DNA of 63,948 bases, counting the filler, from Dirinaria sp. TL-2023a (Eukaryota): assembly GCA_051941275.1 (NCBI GenBank). It is 3 parts of 3 records of this genome, joined end to end, with 100 filler letters (N's around TTAATTAATTAA, not from the genome) between each part and the next. Parts side by side here need not be neighbours in the genome. Positions count along the whole stretch, not along the records: positions 1 to 21,461 come from JAVEBF010000257.1; 2 more parts are not named here. One strand, written 5' to 3'. The notes below the pieces were generated by a model. That model did not search any database, had not been told where the DNA came from, and saw only the letters and a program-made list of their open reading frames with translations. Made by a program: the position numbers and the translations under genes. Shown here one piece after another: positions 1-12,622 of this stretch. Each line of letters starts with the position of its first letter. The stretch's first letter is position 1.

Positions 1-1303
1 ATCTATTTATCTGGTATATCGAGAGTTTGTGTCAAGATTGTGATTTTGCGGAGATTCTGTACTGAAGAGAGACAGTGGAGGAGGGGAGACGATAATATTA
101 TTATCTTTGAGAACAGCTTTTTTCTTGATGATGATTTCGTGGATTATGTGAGACTTACGAGATTGAAATTGAAGCCAATCGGTGGAAGTTATACTCTGCT
201 TACTGACTTGATATGCATGTAATGGTTTTGAAACAGGGAGAGATGGGGGGGAGGAATGATAAGGGTGGTGATGATAAAGATGACTAGAGACGGCTAATAG
301 TCCGCTATAATGCGAATATAAACGAATCTCTCTTAACGAGTTTCAAAGTCACGCTGACGGGATTGAGAGACCGAAGTTCGACGGCAGAGGGTTTGGAAGT
401 TCATGCTATTTACTCGCTCGAAGCGCGGAACCAATCTTTCATTGTGGTTCAAAAAAAAATTTAAGTAAAAAACAGAAAATAGGAAATGGCTTGTGAAAGG
501 CAATCTTCCCAGCCCAATATCCTGCTTCCGATTTTCGCACGGATTTGAGTAATTATATACACTATCAGCAAAGAGCTTCATTCGTAAAGGCTATGCGCAC
601 AGCGCGCTTTAACGGTTCAACCTCATCGAAAAAGCTTTTTCCGCAATGAGTCTCAGCTTTGAAACTGACTAAGACCCCTCTGTATTAAAAGCAGCAAATT
701 GTGAGGGTTTTCTTCATTACAGCCTGATATGCTCTGAGAGAAGGAAGTGAGGGATCGCTAGGTTATCGCATGTGATCCAAGGTAGCAGTTTTTTTTCTCA
801 GAAACTTTGGCTCGATGGCTGTATATTGGAAAGACTTATTAAATGCTTTCGTCTAAATCCTGAGGTGAGCTCGAGACGTACATGAACGCCGACGGGTTGC
901 TATCCAAAACAGCGGAGGAGTCATATGCGAGCGTCTTGATGCAAAAACCTGTCGATTGCATGAGTAGGTGCCAGCTTGAGGTCCAGCGATGGGGGAAGCA
1001 GATCCAGATGGTCGTCGAGAACCACTAGTCTGGCTTAGGATTCGTGTGATGGAGAAGGCTCGATAGGGTTGAGTAACATGAGCTGCAGCGAGCTCGTTGG
1101 TGGCTTGACCCACTTAGATGGGATCATGGCTCCGTAGTGCGAGGTGCCGTGATTTGCGAATAAATGTACACTGCCCCTTTCGACCGCAGAATGCGTGGTA
1201 TGTATGCACTCCTGATTTTGGAGTACAGTGAATAGGATTATAAAATCCGCCTGGGTCCTCTTTCCGTGCTGTCTCACACACTTATCGGAATCTATACGGA
1301 GCT

Positions 1304-3325
1304 TCATCGGACCAGTCGGACACCACTACCAATACCCGAATCATCCTTCAGCTCGACTTTGATGTCTCTCGACAGCCTTTCCATCTCCACCACTCCCTTG
1401 GCTTTTCTCAAGCGCTCCGTTTCATTCTCATCTAGCCCATTGAACAACAGCGGGACGGGACTCGATTTCCACGGCGCGACATCATGACGCGTGGACTGAG
1501 CGATTGTCAGAACCAGAAACATGATCGTCAAGAGGACCAGCGCCGCGGATAATGTCAGCCACCCCCAGCGAACGGAAACGTAGATGTAGTCGTAGCTTGC
1601 CGTACCGTTCGCGGGTCCGACGCCGAGGAGAGGGCCGATATAACCGTCAAAATTTGCCTGGTTACTCGAATTTGCATCGCGAATGTTGCGCGTCATGCTC
1701 TTGGCAAGATTTTCGAACAGCCGGTCCATGTCCGAATCGCGAAAGATGCGAAGCAGATCCTGGGAGTTGGTAAATGAACTGGCATTATTTGTCTCATCCG
1801 GCCCGAAAGAACTCCCGTCAGGACCCGGTGCATAACTGTTACTCAGCGTCAGTTTGGGAGCGAGAAACTCCGTTATGCCCAGTGACGGGAGATATCCAAC
1901 GGTAAAGTTCGGGTTTGCTGTCGAGTTGGTGTGGTTGGCGAGTGGAGGCGGAATCAAATCTATTCGCTCGTCGTTCATCGCACCTCTGCGGTCAAACCAC
2001 CATTCTGTCGTGTTGCTATACCAGGACCCTTTGACCTCTTCGGACAACTGCCCGCTTGTGACCTGCGCCTTATACGTATTCACACACCAATAAAGCAGAC
2101 ATTGAGTAGCGCTCACATTATTGAGAGTGCTGATATAATTGACTTCATCTTCCGGATGCAGGGCCCGGATCCTAGTGAATGTGAAAAACGTGTTTCCGTA
2201 TTGAGCACTATTCTCTAGTTGGCTCAGATAGCCACTAGTAGCAACGGGACCAAGAAGATCGTCAGCGAGGTCTGTCTTGTTCATTTTCAGTCCATTGGGT
2301 AGGGAGAATTGGCAGTAAGATGAATCGTTACTGCTTGGGCAAGTCCGTACTAACGCCTGTGAGACATCTTCGCAGGTTGAACATGTTGCCAGGGATTGGA
2401 AAGGCGGAAAAGTGCAATTTCCGGTTGCGCAAGACGGGTTCATATCCAAAGATACGGCTGCTGCATTTGAATCTTGCACGCCGAAGAAGATCCCGGAATA
2501 AATTGCTCCAAGCATTCCCGATGTCGGCGAGCTTGGCGGCCATGTATAGCCACTTCCAGGGCCGTATTGTAGGAAAGATTGCGCACGGCCTAAAGATGCT
2601 GGCACAGTTGAGTTGCGCTGTTCGCTGCGGATGGAGACCATCTGCTGCACCGTCGGATCGACAGCCAAGGCCAGAATTGTAATAATAGCTCCGACGCTGG
2701 CAATGTATCTATACTGTATCATCAGCTTCGAATCTACAAGAATGGGCAGTAACGGGACAATGTACCTTACTCGAAATCCCCAAAGTAGCTGCAAAGAGCC
2801 TTTCGGACCTCGACTGGCGGAGTCGTAGACCAAGAAATCTTTGAATGCATGAGGCGTTGTCTTGAAATGGATCCAATTTGCCTGACTCAGACAACTCGCG
2901 ACAGATACGAGCATCAGGGCTTTCATGATTGTCGTGAACCATGAGAGAACTGAGTTGATGGTGACATTATGCGGCCAATCTGGCTGTGCGCGACCGTCGT
3001 AATTGTGCAGGAATACAGCGATGGTTATTAGAGCCAGCAAGCTTCCTCCACATGCAGAAAGCTCTATCAACCAGCGATTCACCAAAGCCTCCTCGATCTT
3101 CCATCTCAAACGATCCCACCAAGGACGCCAGCCGGAAGTCACTCCTATAACCGGTGCGGGCTCTTGAACAGGCTGATAGCTATTTTCGAACGAGGTATTC
3201 CTGGAAGGTGTACTTCCAAGTCGCTCAAGTGTGATGGAACTTGCGCCTGAAAAGGTTTTGAGAGGGATTGCACGTGATGTCGACAACAACTTTGCGTCCT
3301 CGTTTTGACGAGGATCGAAATCCAT
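1304..3325 (-). CDS. DUF3176-type fungal membrane protein (N-terminal TM helices, Cys-containing ectodomain, C-terminal TM); 2 exons
   Basis: 673-aa ORF with family-typical motifs 'YDSASRGPKGSLQLL', 'CATGNCTFPPFQSLATCSTCEDVS', 'VRWGWL' and 'PWKSSPVPLL'. Contains an in-frame 57-nt intron at 2709-2765 (GTACAT...GCTGAT...TATAG). Confidence 0.8.
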   Translation of the reverse strand: MDFDPRQNEDAKLLSTSRAIPLKTFSGASSITLERLGSTPSRNTSFENSYQPVQEPAPVIGVTSGWRPWWDRLRWKIEEALVNRWLIELSACGGSLLALITIAVFLHNYDGRAQPDWPHNVTINSVLSWFTTIMKALMLVSVASCLSQANWIHFKTTPHAFKDFLVYDSASRGPKGSLQLLWGFRVRYIVPLLPILVDSKLMIQYRYIASVGAIITILALAVDPTVQQMVSIRSEQRNSTVPASLGRAQSFLQYGPGSGYTWPPSSPTSGMLGAIYSGIFFGVQDSNAAAVSLDMNPSCATGNCTFPPFQSLATCSTCEDVSQALVRTCPSSNDSSYCQFSLPNGLKMNKTDLADDLLGPVATSGYLSQLENSAQYGNTFFTFTRIRALHPEDEVNYISTLNNVSATQCLLYWCVNTYKAQVTSGQLSEEVKGSWYSNTTEWWFDRRGAMNDERIDLIPPPLANHTNSTANPNFTVGYLPSLGITEFLAPKLTLSNSYAPGPDGSSFGPDETNNASSFTNSQDLLRIFRDSDMDRLFENLAKSMTRNIRDANSSNQANFDGYIGPLLGVGPANGTASYDYIYVSVRWGWLTLSAALVLLTIMFLVLTIAQSTRHDVAPWKSSPVPLLFNGLDENETERLRKAKGVVEMERLSRDIKVELKDDSGIGSGVRLVR

Positions 3326-4638
3326 CGAGATTGTACGAAAGCGGACAAGTGACGACGTGCATATAGAACGTATAATTATATAGAATAATGTAATTATTAT
3401 ATCATGAACGAATGAGGATCGGTAGCGCTCATTTCGCAGTCATTAATATTTGCATGTGGTGCAAGATGGGTTTCGCATTACGGTGGGCTGAAGGTAGGTA
3501 TCTTCAGACGAAAAACATCTCGTGCTTGTTCGTTGACTGGACCAAGATGCATATGCTGGAAGAACAGTACTTCTACCTCATTGATTTCTGGTTTTTCTCC
3601 GGTGACGTCAACCAATCTGATCCTTCAACAACCGCCGTCGGAAGGGAAGTACCTTACCTTATTAATACAAATGTTATTGTACCTTACCTAATCCTTGTGG
3701 TGTGCACATTAGCGTTGCGCAGCCCTGTCGAAGAACGGACGATCCGTGATCCGCGGATAAGCAACAATGCCTTATCTCCTTATGTAGAGGACTAGAGCTT
3801 TCGTGGCGCTCCGAGCTGAGTTATGAGTAAGATAGCCGTTGCTTAGGTAGCTTTCCTTCGTCCCATAAGATCGATCCGAGATTGATCACAGAAGAATCTT
3901 GGCACCTTGGAGTAAGAGAATGCGGAAGTGAGGCTTGTATTATACCATCGCTGATATCGTCGCTGATGCTGGGACGTAGAAGGTGAAGAGATTGGTGGTG
4001 GACCGCACTTTATTGGATTCATCTATAGTACATGGACGGCCCTACGTCTTTTGACTCTTTCGCCTGCAGCACGACCTTCCGGGCACGTGAGGAGTGCTTC
4101 CTTCTCATCCTCCTCAAAAAATAATATCTGCTTTCAGAGTGTAAGCGCGTTCTCAGGAGCCGATTATGCCTCTATATAGTGATCGTCCCTCCAGGATTGC
4201 GAAGCCAGAATCGTACTAGTACCAGGGGACAGTTAACATCTCTCAGCAATGAAGCCGCCCCTTTGTGGCTAAGGTCCGCACGAGCATGTGTTCCTTGTGA
4301 CCAAAATCAAGGCCGCAAGCTATGCAACCGCCAAAGCTAAATCCATGATATTCTTAGAGTATCCGTTACAGTATGCTTCATTTATTGTTTCCAAACTGCT
4401 GATATAATATCAGAGCCTGCATCTGCTGAGATACAAGGTTGACTTACCACAGAGCGCTTTTTGTGTATCATAGCATATATCGCGTACCTTAATCCGCGCT
4501 GCTATCTTTCAGAACTTGTTGTGCTCGGCTTATCGCATGCGATTTCACATCAGAAAGGCGGACGAGCTTTGTTGTCCTGACTGCTGGGATGAGAGTAATG
4601 TGAAGGTTGGGCGACAGCCTTGAGTTGGATAGATGAGC

Positions 4639-5999
4639 TCAGGCGGGAGAGTAATCATTTAGTTCCATATACTGGCTCGGTTTGTTGGTAACACTCTGCT
4701 GATCCGGCCAAGGGGTAGCCCGGTTCGATTTTGGTGTCTTTGAGCTTGATGATAAAGACTTGGGGGCACTAGTGTCATGCGACAGCACGCTCGACCGGCC
4801 ACTGCGCATATTGGAGAAGAAGCTCGTCACTCTGGTGCTGTAGGTCCTGAAAAAGCGTGGAGAAACTACAAGATTGCCGATCACAATTCCGGCAGCTACC
4901 TCGCCAGTCCTAGATAACAGTCAATTGCAAATCAATAGTTTTCGAAGTCAAATGGGAATAACTCACGTGCACACACCCACTCGACTCATTTGAAATGTCT
5001 GATCATGACTTCCGTTGTTGACTATGCTGAAAGCCAAGCGCAGTAGACTCGCGACGATCGCCCTGATATGTTTTAGTCTTTAAAACTTGTCTTCAACCCG
5101 GCGCAATGATTGATCATCGAGGATGAAACTTACAATCCTCCAACGAGAAAGATGGCTGTCACCCCTTTTTTTCGCTCGATAGACATCTGTATCGTCCATA
5201 TGCGAGCTATGGGGAATACCAGCATTAAGATATCCGAGACAGAATTGAAGACACCGTTGACGAGATTATAGGCTGAAGTGTTGACACAGCGCCCAGGCGT
5301 TTCCAGATGCCAAACACTCGCTACGGGGACACATTGAAAAGCGCTAACGAAGAAGCAAATCACATAGTACACGATATTGACCCAAATAAAAATTTGGATG
5401 CACCAAAATGGTTTGCCGTGTCCCACCACAAAGATATATTTGTATTGCAGGCAGATGGAGAGCTTTGTAAGGACAATAGTGGGAGGATAAATGAGGAAGC
5501 TAACGTATCCCCACTACTCTCGGTCAGCTATGAACTAATATGCTCCATTCTGACTCACCAGTTCCCAATTTGCGAACTTCGATACCGTAACATCCCACTG
5601 ATGAACCCCCGACCCATACTTGATTGTGTTATACTGTATGGCACAATAGACCATAAGCCCGACCTATTAAGATGTTCATCTGCAATGAATTCGCTTCTGC
5701 GAAGGATTGCGACTTACCCATGCTGCGAACATTGTATCTGTGCTCAATTCAGCACTTTGAACAGACAGTTCACGCACGATAGTCTACTTACAGTCGTCCA
5801 ATCCATGGGTTCGTAGTATAAAGAGCTTCGTGTACAGTCTAATGGCGATGGAGATGGTTGCGAGTGTGAGACATAACGTGTCTCCAGCAATAAGTGAATT
5901 TACAATAGAGTACGGGTCTTTGAAATTCGGAATGACGCCTGCTGGAGGGGCCAGCGCTGGGGTCTCAGAAAGGGGAACAGTAGTGGATCCTGCGCTCAT
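4639..5999 (-). CDS. PTH11-like / fungal rhodopsin-domain integral membrane protein (no CFEM); multi-exon
   Basis: Exons read 'PALAPPAGVIPNF', 'RLYTK...GLDD', a 20-nt microexon (5718-5737), 'GVHQWDV', 'FQCVPV', 'NSVSDILMLVFPI' and 'CMIGNL'-like TM7. These are typical PTH11-related 7TM motifs, and the exons are joined by GTAAGT/GTGAGT...YAG introns. Confidence 0.8.
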
Positions 6000-7644
6000 G
6001 ATTGAGAGAACGAGGATAGCGAGTATGAGACCAAGACTGGAATATCTTGTGCAAACATAAGATTGCGCATCATCTCGCGGCGATGGAAGCGAAGTTGCGG
6101 GGCAAGCTGCGAATATCAAGGGAGTGATTGCAAAATCTCTCCACGCCGCGGATGGAGAGGGGCCTACATACCTTAGTCATGACTGTGCATAAAGAGCGCA
6201 CCAAATCCCGAGCAAGAGAATGTATTGTGCTCATTGGCACCAGCAATCGCTCCTAAATGCTGACGCACGTGAACTCGTTGGTGTATGCAGCTTGTCCAGC
6301 TGAAATGCAGTGCGGTTTAACCTGCAGGCAACCTTTTCAGCGAGAACTTTCTTTTCCCCATCATTGTCGCAATTTGACATTATGGCCACAACTATGCTTG
6401 CGGCTGGTGAGAGGCAGACGCTTGCTGATAATTATACCTGGAGGAACAGCGTCGTGATCTGAGATGTCTCACTAGGTCATTCCACCGGTATCTAGCCCAC
6501 TGGCTCTACTGTTGTTTCTTCAAGCTTCCATCCTTCGGAATCCATCCATCGTTCGAGTCTTAACCCCATCCGTGCCAGTACGGAGCACAATCTCTCAAAG
6601 ACGATGAATGATTTATCTCTATAAATACAACTCTTTCCATCTGTCGCTGAGCCACGAAACCTTTCCTTGTATGGATAGATATTAGGCGAGTGCTTGATCA
6701 TGTGAAGAATCCTGCCTTTTCAGCGATGCAAATCAATCCATATAGAGTGTAAGGCTGTGAAGGGGCCAATAGATACGGTTATTCCAAAGCTTGACCAACC
6801 AACAGCAGATTCTGGGCCGGAAGCTAAAGGGTGGGTTGATGGCAATATTCCTGTGCCGAATGCCAGTGATCGTACCAGACTCAGGCATCTGGTCTGCTGC
6901 AGCTGGGGCGCAGCACAGAAGGATTGGTGGTGAATCCGTCGCTGGAAAAAGAGTTGCAGGCTGCCGGCAGCAGCCAATTCATCTGGAAATTTCAGAGACG
7001 GGATCAGAGGAACCCCTCGGACCCGATGGGAGCGACCAAATCACTACATGTAGGTAGTTTAAACACTTTACTGGCCGAGTAGCCGTTAATGGCGGCCCGA
7101 GGGGCCCGACTATGGAGGACAACGCCATAACTCTTGGCTAGCGTCATGTCTGCCAAGATTAGTCGTCCAGGTGACTACAGGTGGACTTTGCAGAGCCTAG
7201 GTAAGAAATTGGAAGGCTCGGGTGATAATATTAGGTGGTCCCCCAGGCGACTTTTAGTTGACCCCACCCACCTGTGGCATTGACCGCGCTAGCCAGGACT
7301 TATGACGTTGACCTACGTACAAACACGGTGCGCCTCGGTGGTGCTCATACTCGCAGCGCGCATTACAGTACCGGAAGTACGTTGACATTGAAGGTGATGC
7401 ATCGAGGGAAGCGAGCTTCAGCAATACTTTACTCCGTCCAGTGCAGTAGATCTGATTGGCCGTCCTGTACATTGTTGCCTATGTTCGCAGAGGGATCTCA
7501 CTGAATCGGATGCCAAGCCACGTCGGCTCCGACCTTCTTCGTCAGTCGGATGACGGAATGGCTGTAGCAATCAGCAGGTCGATGAAGTCCCCAGTTCAGT
7601 AGAAGTATTTAAAATAGAGGACCTCTTTCTCCTTTTCATCTTGA

Positions 7645-9025
7645 TCAAACCACCAGCGTCCTGCACTCCCGAGAGCTCCTCCTGGCTAACTCGACCAATC
7701 GGATCACCTCTCTGGCGTCCTCAGGCTTTACGGGCACCTCTGCCCTTCTATTCAACGCTTGCGCAAACTGGTCATAGAATGCCTTGTACGTGAGCGGTGG
7801 CATTAGATTAGGCCAAGGTTCAGATCTGAGTTCACCACTGCTTTGAATCGTGATGAGGGTGCCATTGCGCGCCGGAGGTTCACGGCCAAATCCAGGAGAG
7901 GATGGTGTAAGCCCGGCTTTCAAATGGTCTTCTTGTGGGTCAACGTGGAACTGTAAAGCGGCCAGATTAGATTGAGTCATCGGATGCGCGGTAGGGGGGG
8001 AATAGATGTGAAGCTGATGGTGTAAAGGGGGGTAAAGCTTTTAACTGTGGAGAAGTCGTTTTGCAGGTCTACGAAGTTTCGTGCAGATTACGGGAATGGA
8101 AGAGAAAAAGAGAACTTTCCAGGTGCGACCTGACCTTTTTATAGCTGCCCTTAACACCTCTTACCCAATATCTTAATTGGCTCTTCTCAGGGCTCACAAC
8201 CCCTGCCTTGACCGTAGCAAGCAATCCATCATAATGTAGCAATACCGTACAAGCGTCCTCGTAGCCACCAGGGTTCTCTTCTCTTTGCGAACCCACAAAT
8301 CCAGTGATCCGCTTGGGCAAGCCGAAAGCCTGGACAACTTGATCGATAAGATGTGTGCCAAGATCGTACACCGTGCCACCGCCGGGTAAGGATTCGGTTT
8401 TCCAGCCTCCTCCGGGGGGTAGCTCTGGCCTATGGCGGTCGAAGTGGGTTTCAAACTCGACTATGCGGCCGAGGGTGTTGTGTTCGATGAGGTTGAGGAT
8501 GGTAAGGAAGTCGGAATCCCAACGGCGGTCTAATAAACAAGGGTGGTCAGTAATGCATTGGCAGCAGGATGAAAGCCCATTGACCCTACTATGATATACG
8601 GTCAGAAGTCTGTTATTCCGCTTCGCAATTTCCATCAGCTCGTCTGCTTCTTGCGTTGTAGGAGTGAACGGCTTCTCCACAACGACTGAGAGTATGCTAT
8701 GTTAGCATTGAGCATTAGGCCAAGCTGTGATTCTAGTTGTACCGTGCTTGCCATTTTCCAAAGCCAGTTTTGTGAGCTCAAAATGCGTTTGCGGTGTCGT
8801 TGACACAACAACAACATCTACTTTGGAGTCCTTGACCATTTGTTCTGTAAATCGATAGCTCTTAATGTCTGGATGGTCTTTCTCGGCATCGTTCCCAGGT
8901 TTTGGCACCCTTTGAACGATACCGTATAGCTTGAATTCAGGTACTACGTCTAGGAGAGGGATGTGAAAGACTTTGGCGGACATGCCATAGCCAACGATGC
9001 CGACATTGTAGGGTTGAGAAGGCAT
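7645..9025 (-). CDS. Gfo/Idh/MocA NAD(P)-dependent oxidoreductase, IolW/YdgJ-like (scyllo-inositol 2-dehydrogenase-like); 4 exons
   Basis: Rossmann motif 'VGIVGYGMSAKVFH', plus 'GKHVVVEKP', spliced 'VYHNRRWDSDFLT', 'YDLGTHLIDQ' and 'FHVDPQEDHL'. ORF fragments 8702-9025, 8069-8680 and 7645-7980 are joined by GT-AG introns. Confidence 0.88.
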
Positions 9026-10169
9026 GGGTTATCAAATTTTTCGATGATGGTAGTTTGGGTTATGGTAATTGCACATCATCCGAAATCGAGGCAAGAATAA
9101 AAGCGGACTGTACCGTGCGTGCCATAGAACTGAGTTCGAGGTCGAAGCAAATCCATGTTTTGGGGCAAACTCTGGCAACACCAGGTCGAAAAGGTTCCAT
9201 TGCGGGGGCTCAAGGAGGCAAAAAAGACAAAAGTCACGTGCTGTAGAGGTCTTTAGCGAGAGATACTTCTAACCCTAAGTACAGTAAGTTTCCTCACAGA
9301 ACTCTTAGTCCATAATTTGGTGATTCAAGCTGTGAACAATATGTACCATCATGAGGTATAACATTTTAAGAGTCTGCTTGCAATCCAATTGACGACGCAT
9401 TCAACATTGAGCGAAGCAATCCGGCAGCGCCCTTTCTAAAGAGTGCCTACAGAGAAAACCTTGGTGAGAATTTGGAAGGCACCAATAATGCGTACCCCCG
9501 GACTGCCTGTCAGTGTCTCAGTACACCTCTCCCTAACGCATATCACACCCTCATAAAATTACGACTCTCCGTATAATCATGCCAAGCATAGCCATAAGGA
9601 TCCTCGTGCAACATTTCCTGCTTGTAGCTGCGAGAATGTCCTCTCTGCAAACCATGCAGGTGCTGGATGTAAAGAGGACATGTCTGTTCAAGTCCGGGAG
9701 AAGCTCAAGCTAGCAATACCGTTAGTTTCGGGGGCTCACCTTCCTTATGGGACGCCTTTATGTTGCGGGTAATTTACAAGAATCATCTACCTACTTTGCA
9801 TTATTATCTCCTTTTTAAAACCATAAAGACCTGGAAGATCATGGGCTGTTTACAATGCTTGATGGCTAATTCTGTAATGGCTAATCCTTTGAAAGTATCA
9901 AGACGCCCCGGTGCAAACCCGACTGTTCCTGGCCGTGCAGGAGGCTCCCTCAAGGCCCATGGAGTCACAGCTGATGCGAAGATACTAATGAACATGCAGT
10001 GTGGCCCCTCCTTCGGACATCGCCGAGAATGTATGCTTCCACATTGGTCTAAGCTACGATTAGTACAGTTCTAGCCCTGCTCACGCATCGATACCATCGA
10101 GGCTCGCGTTCGAGCGACACATAAAAGCCGGGACATTGTCGATGATACGTGACTTCTTTGGAGCATAGG

Positions 10170-11148
10170 TCATGTCGCCTTTCCAACACATCTCGTTATC
10201 TCCAGGCCATCCTGCACCTCGTCAGCCATTTCTTTGCAAAGCAAGGCATTTGTCATACCGGTTCGCCCGTTGGCTCAAAGCTGTGAGTTAGTGCGCTCTC
10301 ATAAATCAAGTTTGGGTCGCCTTTGACTTCTGTGCTCAACTTCTCTTCGCCTTCTCTATCTTGGTATTGGTTCCTCGATCTGTTTTCAAAGCCGGATTTA
10401 TCGTCGTTAATCTCCCCTTTCTCGTACTTTTTTTTTTTGGACTTGACATCGCTTCGCACGTATTCCAGGTAGGGCGGATTGCCAGGGTAGATGACGTTGT
10501 CCGCGACGAGCACTGAACCAGGCACGATAAGCTGGAGGTGCTCGCACAACTTTAGATCCGTCGTATATGCAGGCTTGTAATGATCGAGAAACATCAGGTC
10601 GACACGCGTCAGGCTACCACCGCTGTGCAGTCTCTTGATTGAGTCTGCACTGGGCCCTACTAATACCTTTACTACGTCGCTCAAGCCAGCAAGGTCTACC
10701 AATGACATGATCACAGCTGCGAATTCGGGGTTCCTCTCTAGACTGAAAAGCCTTCCATCTGCCTCACGCACCGCGTCCGCGAAAAGAATCGTCGAATATC
10801 CGATGTAACCTCCAAGTTCCACCATCGTCTTCGGCTTGACATCAGCAATGAGTCTCGAGAGAATTCGACCCTTATCCTCTCCAATATTCATGAGGTACTT
10901 CTTCGAGCGCGCATAGTCATCAATGGCCTTCAAGACGCCACGGGGAGACCCGCGGATATCGTCAATATCGGCACGGCCATAGACGAAATGCAGCAAGTCG
11001 ACTTCGCGTCCATCGTCGAACTTCACATCTCCATCAGTGGTGGACGAAAGGAATAGGGAGGGTCACCGCTCACGAATGGCGTCCCTTCCTTCTCCTTTGC
11101 TTTGTAGGCCTTTTTGGCATCGAAGCCGTCGACACAAATCTGCTCCAT
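10170..11148 (-). CDS. mysB: SAM-dependent O-methyltransferase (catechol-OMT-like), mycosporine pathway MysB; 3 exons
   Basis: Motifs 'YLMNIGEDKG', 'MVELGGYIGYS', 'MFLDHYKPAY' and 'VADNVIYPG'. Exon 1 reads MEQICVDGFDAKKAYKAKEKEGTPF and the last exon DGLEITRCVGKAT*. It is divergently paired with the DDGS gene. Confidence 0.88.
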
Positions 11149-12622
11149 GGCCAACTCTGGCGACTCTGGAACGTCTGAAGCCGAGCGATCCTCTGGCCAC
11201 AGCTTCACAAGTACCGCGAAGATGATCTCATCTGATTACGTACACCGTCCGGTTGCAAGGGAAACAGCCTATGCGCTTTGCGTCCTGCTTCGGGCATGTG
11301 GAACCCGTAGCGCCTACCAATCGCTCTCGTTGACACACGTGAATGGGCAGAGTAACAGGCTCTGCTTGGTGGCTCCCCTCGTCATGATGGCATTTTCCAA
11401 GTTGCACGAATGCAAACAAGCGCGTTTAGAGGTCAAGACGCATGTCTGGCGTGGGGACGGGGTTGAGTTGAGTTGAAAGTTTACACTCATCACGTCAGTA
11501 GGCTCCCCAGGCCCCTCATCAATCATCATTCCAGCTTAGTCTTTAAACAAGCGCGGCGCCGTCTCATGTTCTGAAGCCGTTGCTGCAGGAAAAACTCTGC
11601 TGCAGGCTTGGCATTTTTGCATCATCGCTTCTCGGGGCCAATCAGGCGCTCAGCAAAGGTCAACGGCGCAACGTCATTGCACACCGAGACACCGCATCGC
11701 CACAGACAAGCTTGACCGACGTCCTCAGAGAATCTCAGAAAGGAGTTCGGAAAAATAAACTAGATTGCCGAGATCTTTACCCGAGCCATTCAAATCGACC
11801 TTGTCTCATACGGTACTTGGTAGTGAGGGAGCCTCGTAAAGGCTGCCATTACTGCAAGCGCAGCCGCGGAGCAACTCCATCGAATCTACAGAATTGGGCT
11901 CGATTGCGGATTGCACCTAAGAGACAAACAGTTCGCTAACCGGCATGGACTAAACTCAATCTACCCGAGATCTGGCACCAGTGTCACCCACTGCCTTGGA
12001 AAAAGGTGTGGGGTACTTCTAGGCGAGCGTGAAAATGCGCTTATTATTCAATTCCTCAAATCATTTCAACTAATTCTAACTTTATGGCTTTTCCCGCGCC
12101 CGCTTATAGACAATATGGTTGCTAGAATCAGGCAAAGTCCCATTGAACGCCCGCGGGGACGCCAGGGGTTCAGGGGTCAATCGACGCTGAATCCAGTCAC
12201 GCCAGTCTGTCTTGTACATCATCACTCTACATCTTTTCCGCCATCACCATGCAACGTGCGTCAGACAACAGGGAGCTAGATCTCGCCATACGCGGAAACA
12301 CCAAATCCCATCCTGGCACGAGCACAATGATGCTGTACGACAGCTTTCCAAGGCTCGGAGAGACGAGCCGACAGTCTGTCAAGTCGCTTTTAGCGTTTCC
12401 AATGCCTAATTGTCTTACCTCAACCGGCCGCGTTGACCAAAGGTTCATTGGCTCTACTAGGAAGGGGGCATTTGCTAGCTCGATGTTGTCGCGAACACGC
12501 CGCGCTCTTAAAGAGGCCATCTCCAGCGTGTTCCTGGTCCACGCTTCCTGGACGATAAAGTCAAACAGAGACGTTCACACCAAGCCTCAGTTTCCATTCG
12601 ACATTACTTCGCAGGTCTCAAC

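Noticed and set aside
4639..5999. A 'rhodopsin-domain' protein near a UV-sunscreen cluster as a light sensor
   Set aside because: Its motifs are those of the large PTH11-like family, not a retinal-binding microbial opsin. Such genes are abundant in Pezizomycotina, so proximity is weak evidence.
6120..7600. Short ORFs between the PTH11-like and oxidoreductase genes (also 25900-26600, 29500-30250, 43100-44900, 52100-53400)
   Set aside because: No recognisable domains or convincing exon chains, and most start at non-ATG codons. Treated as intergenic.
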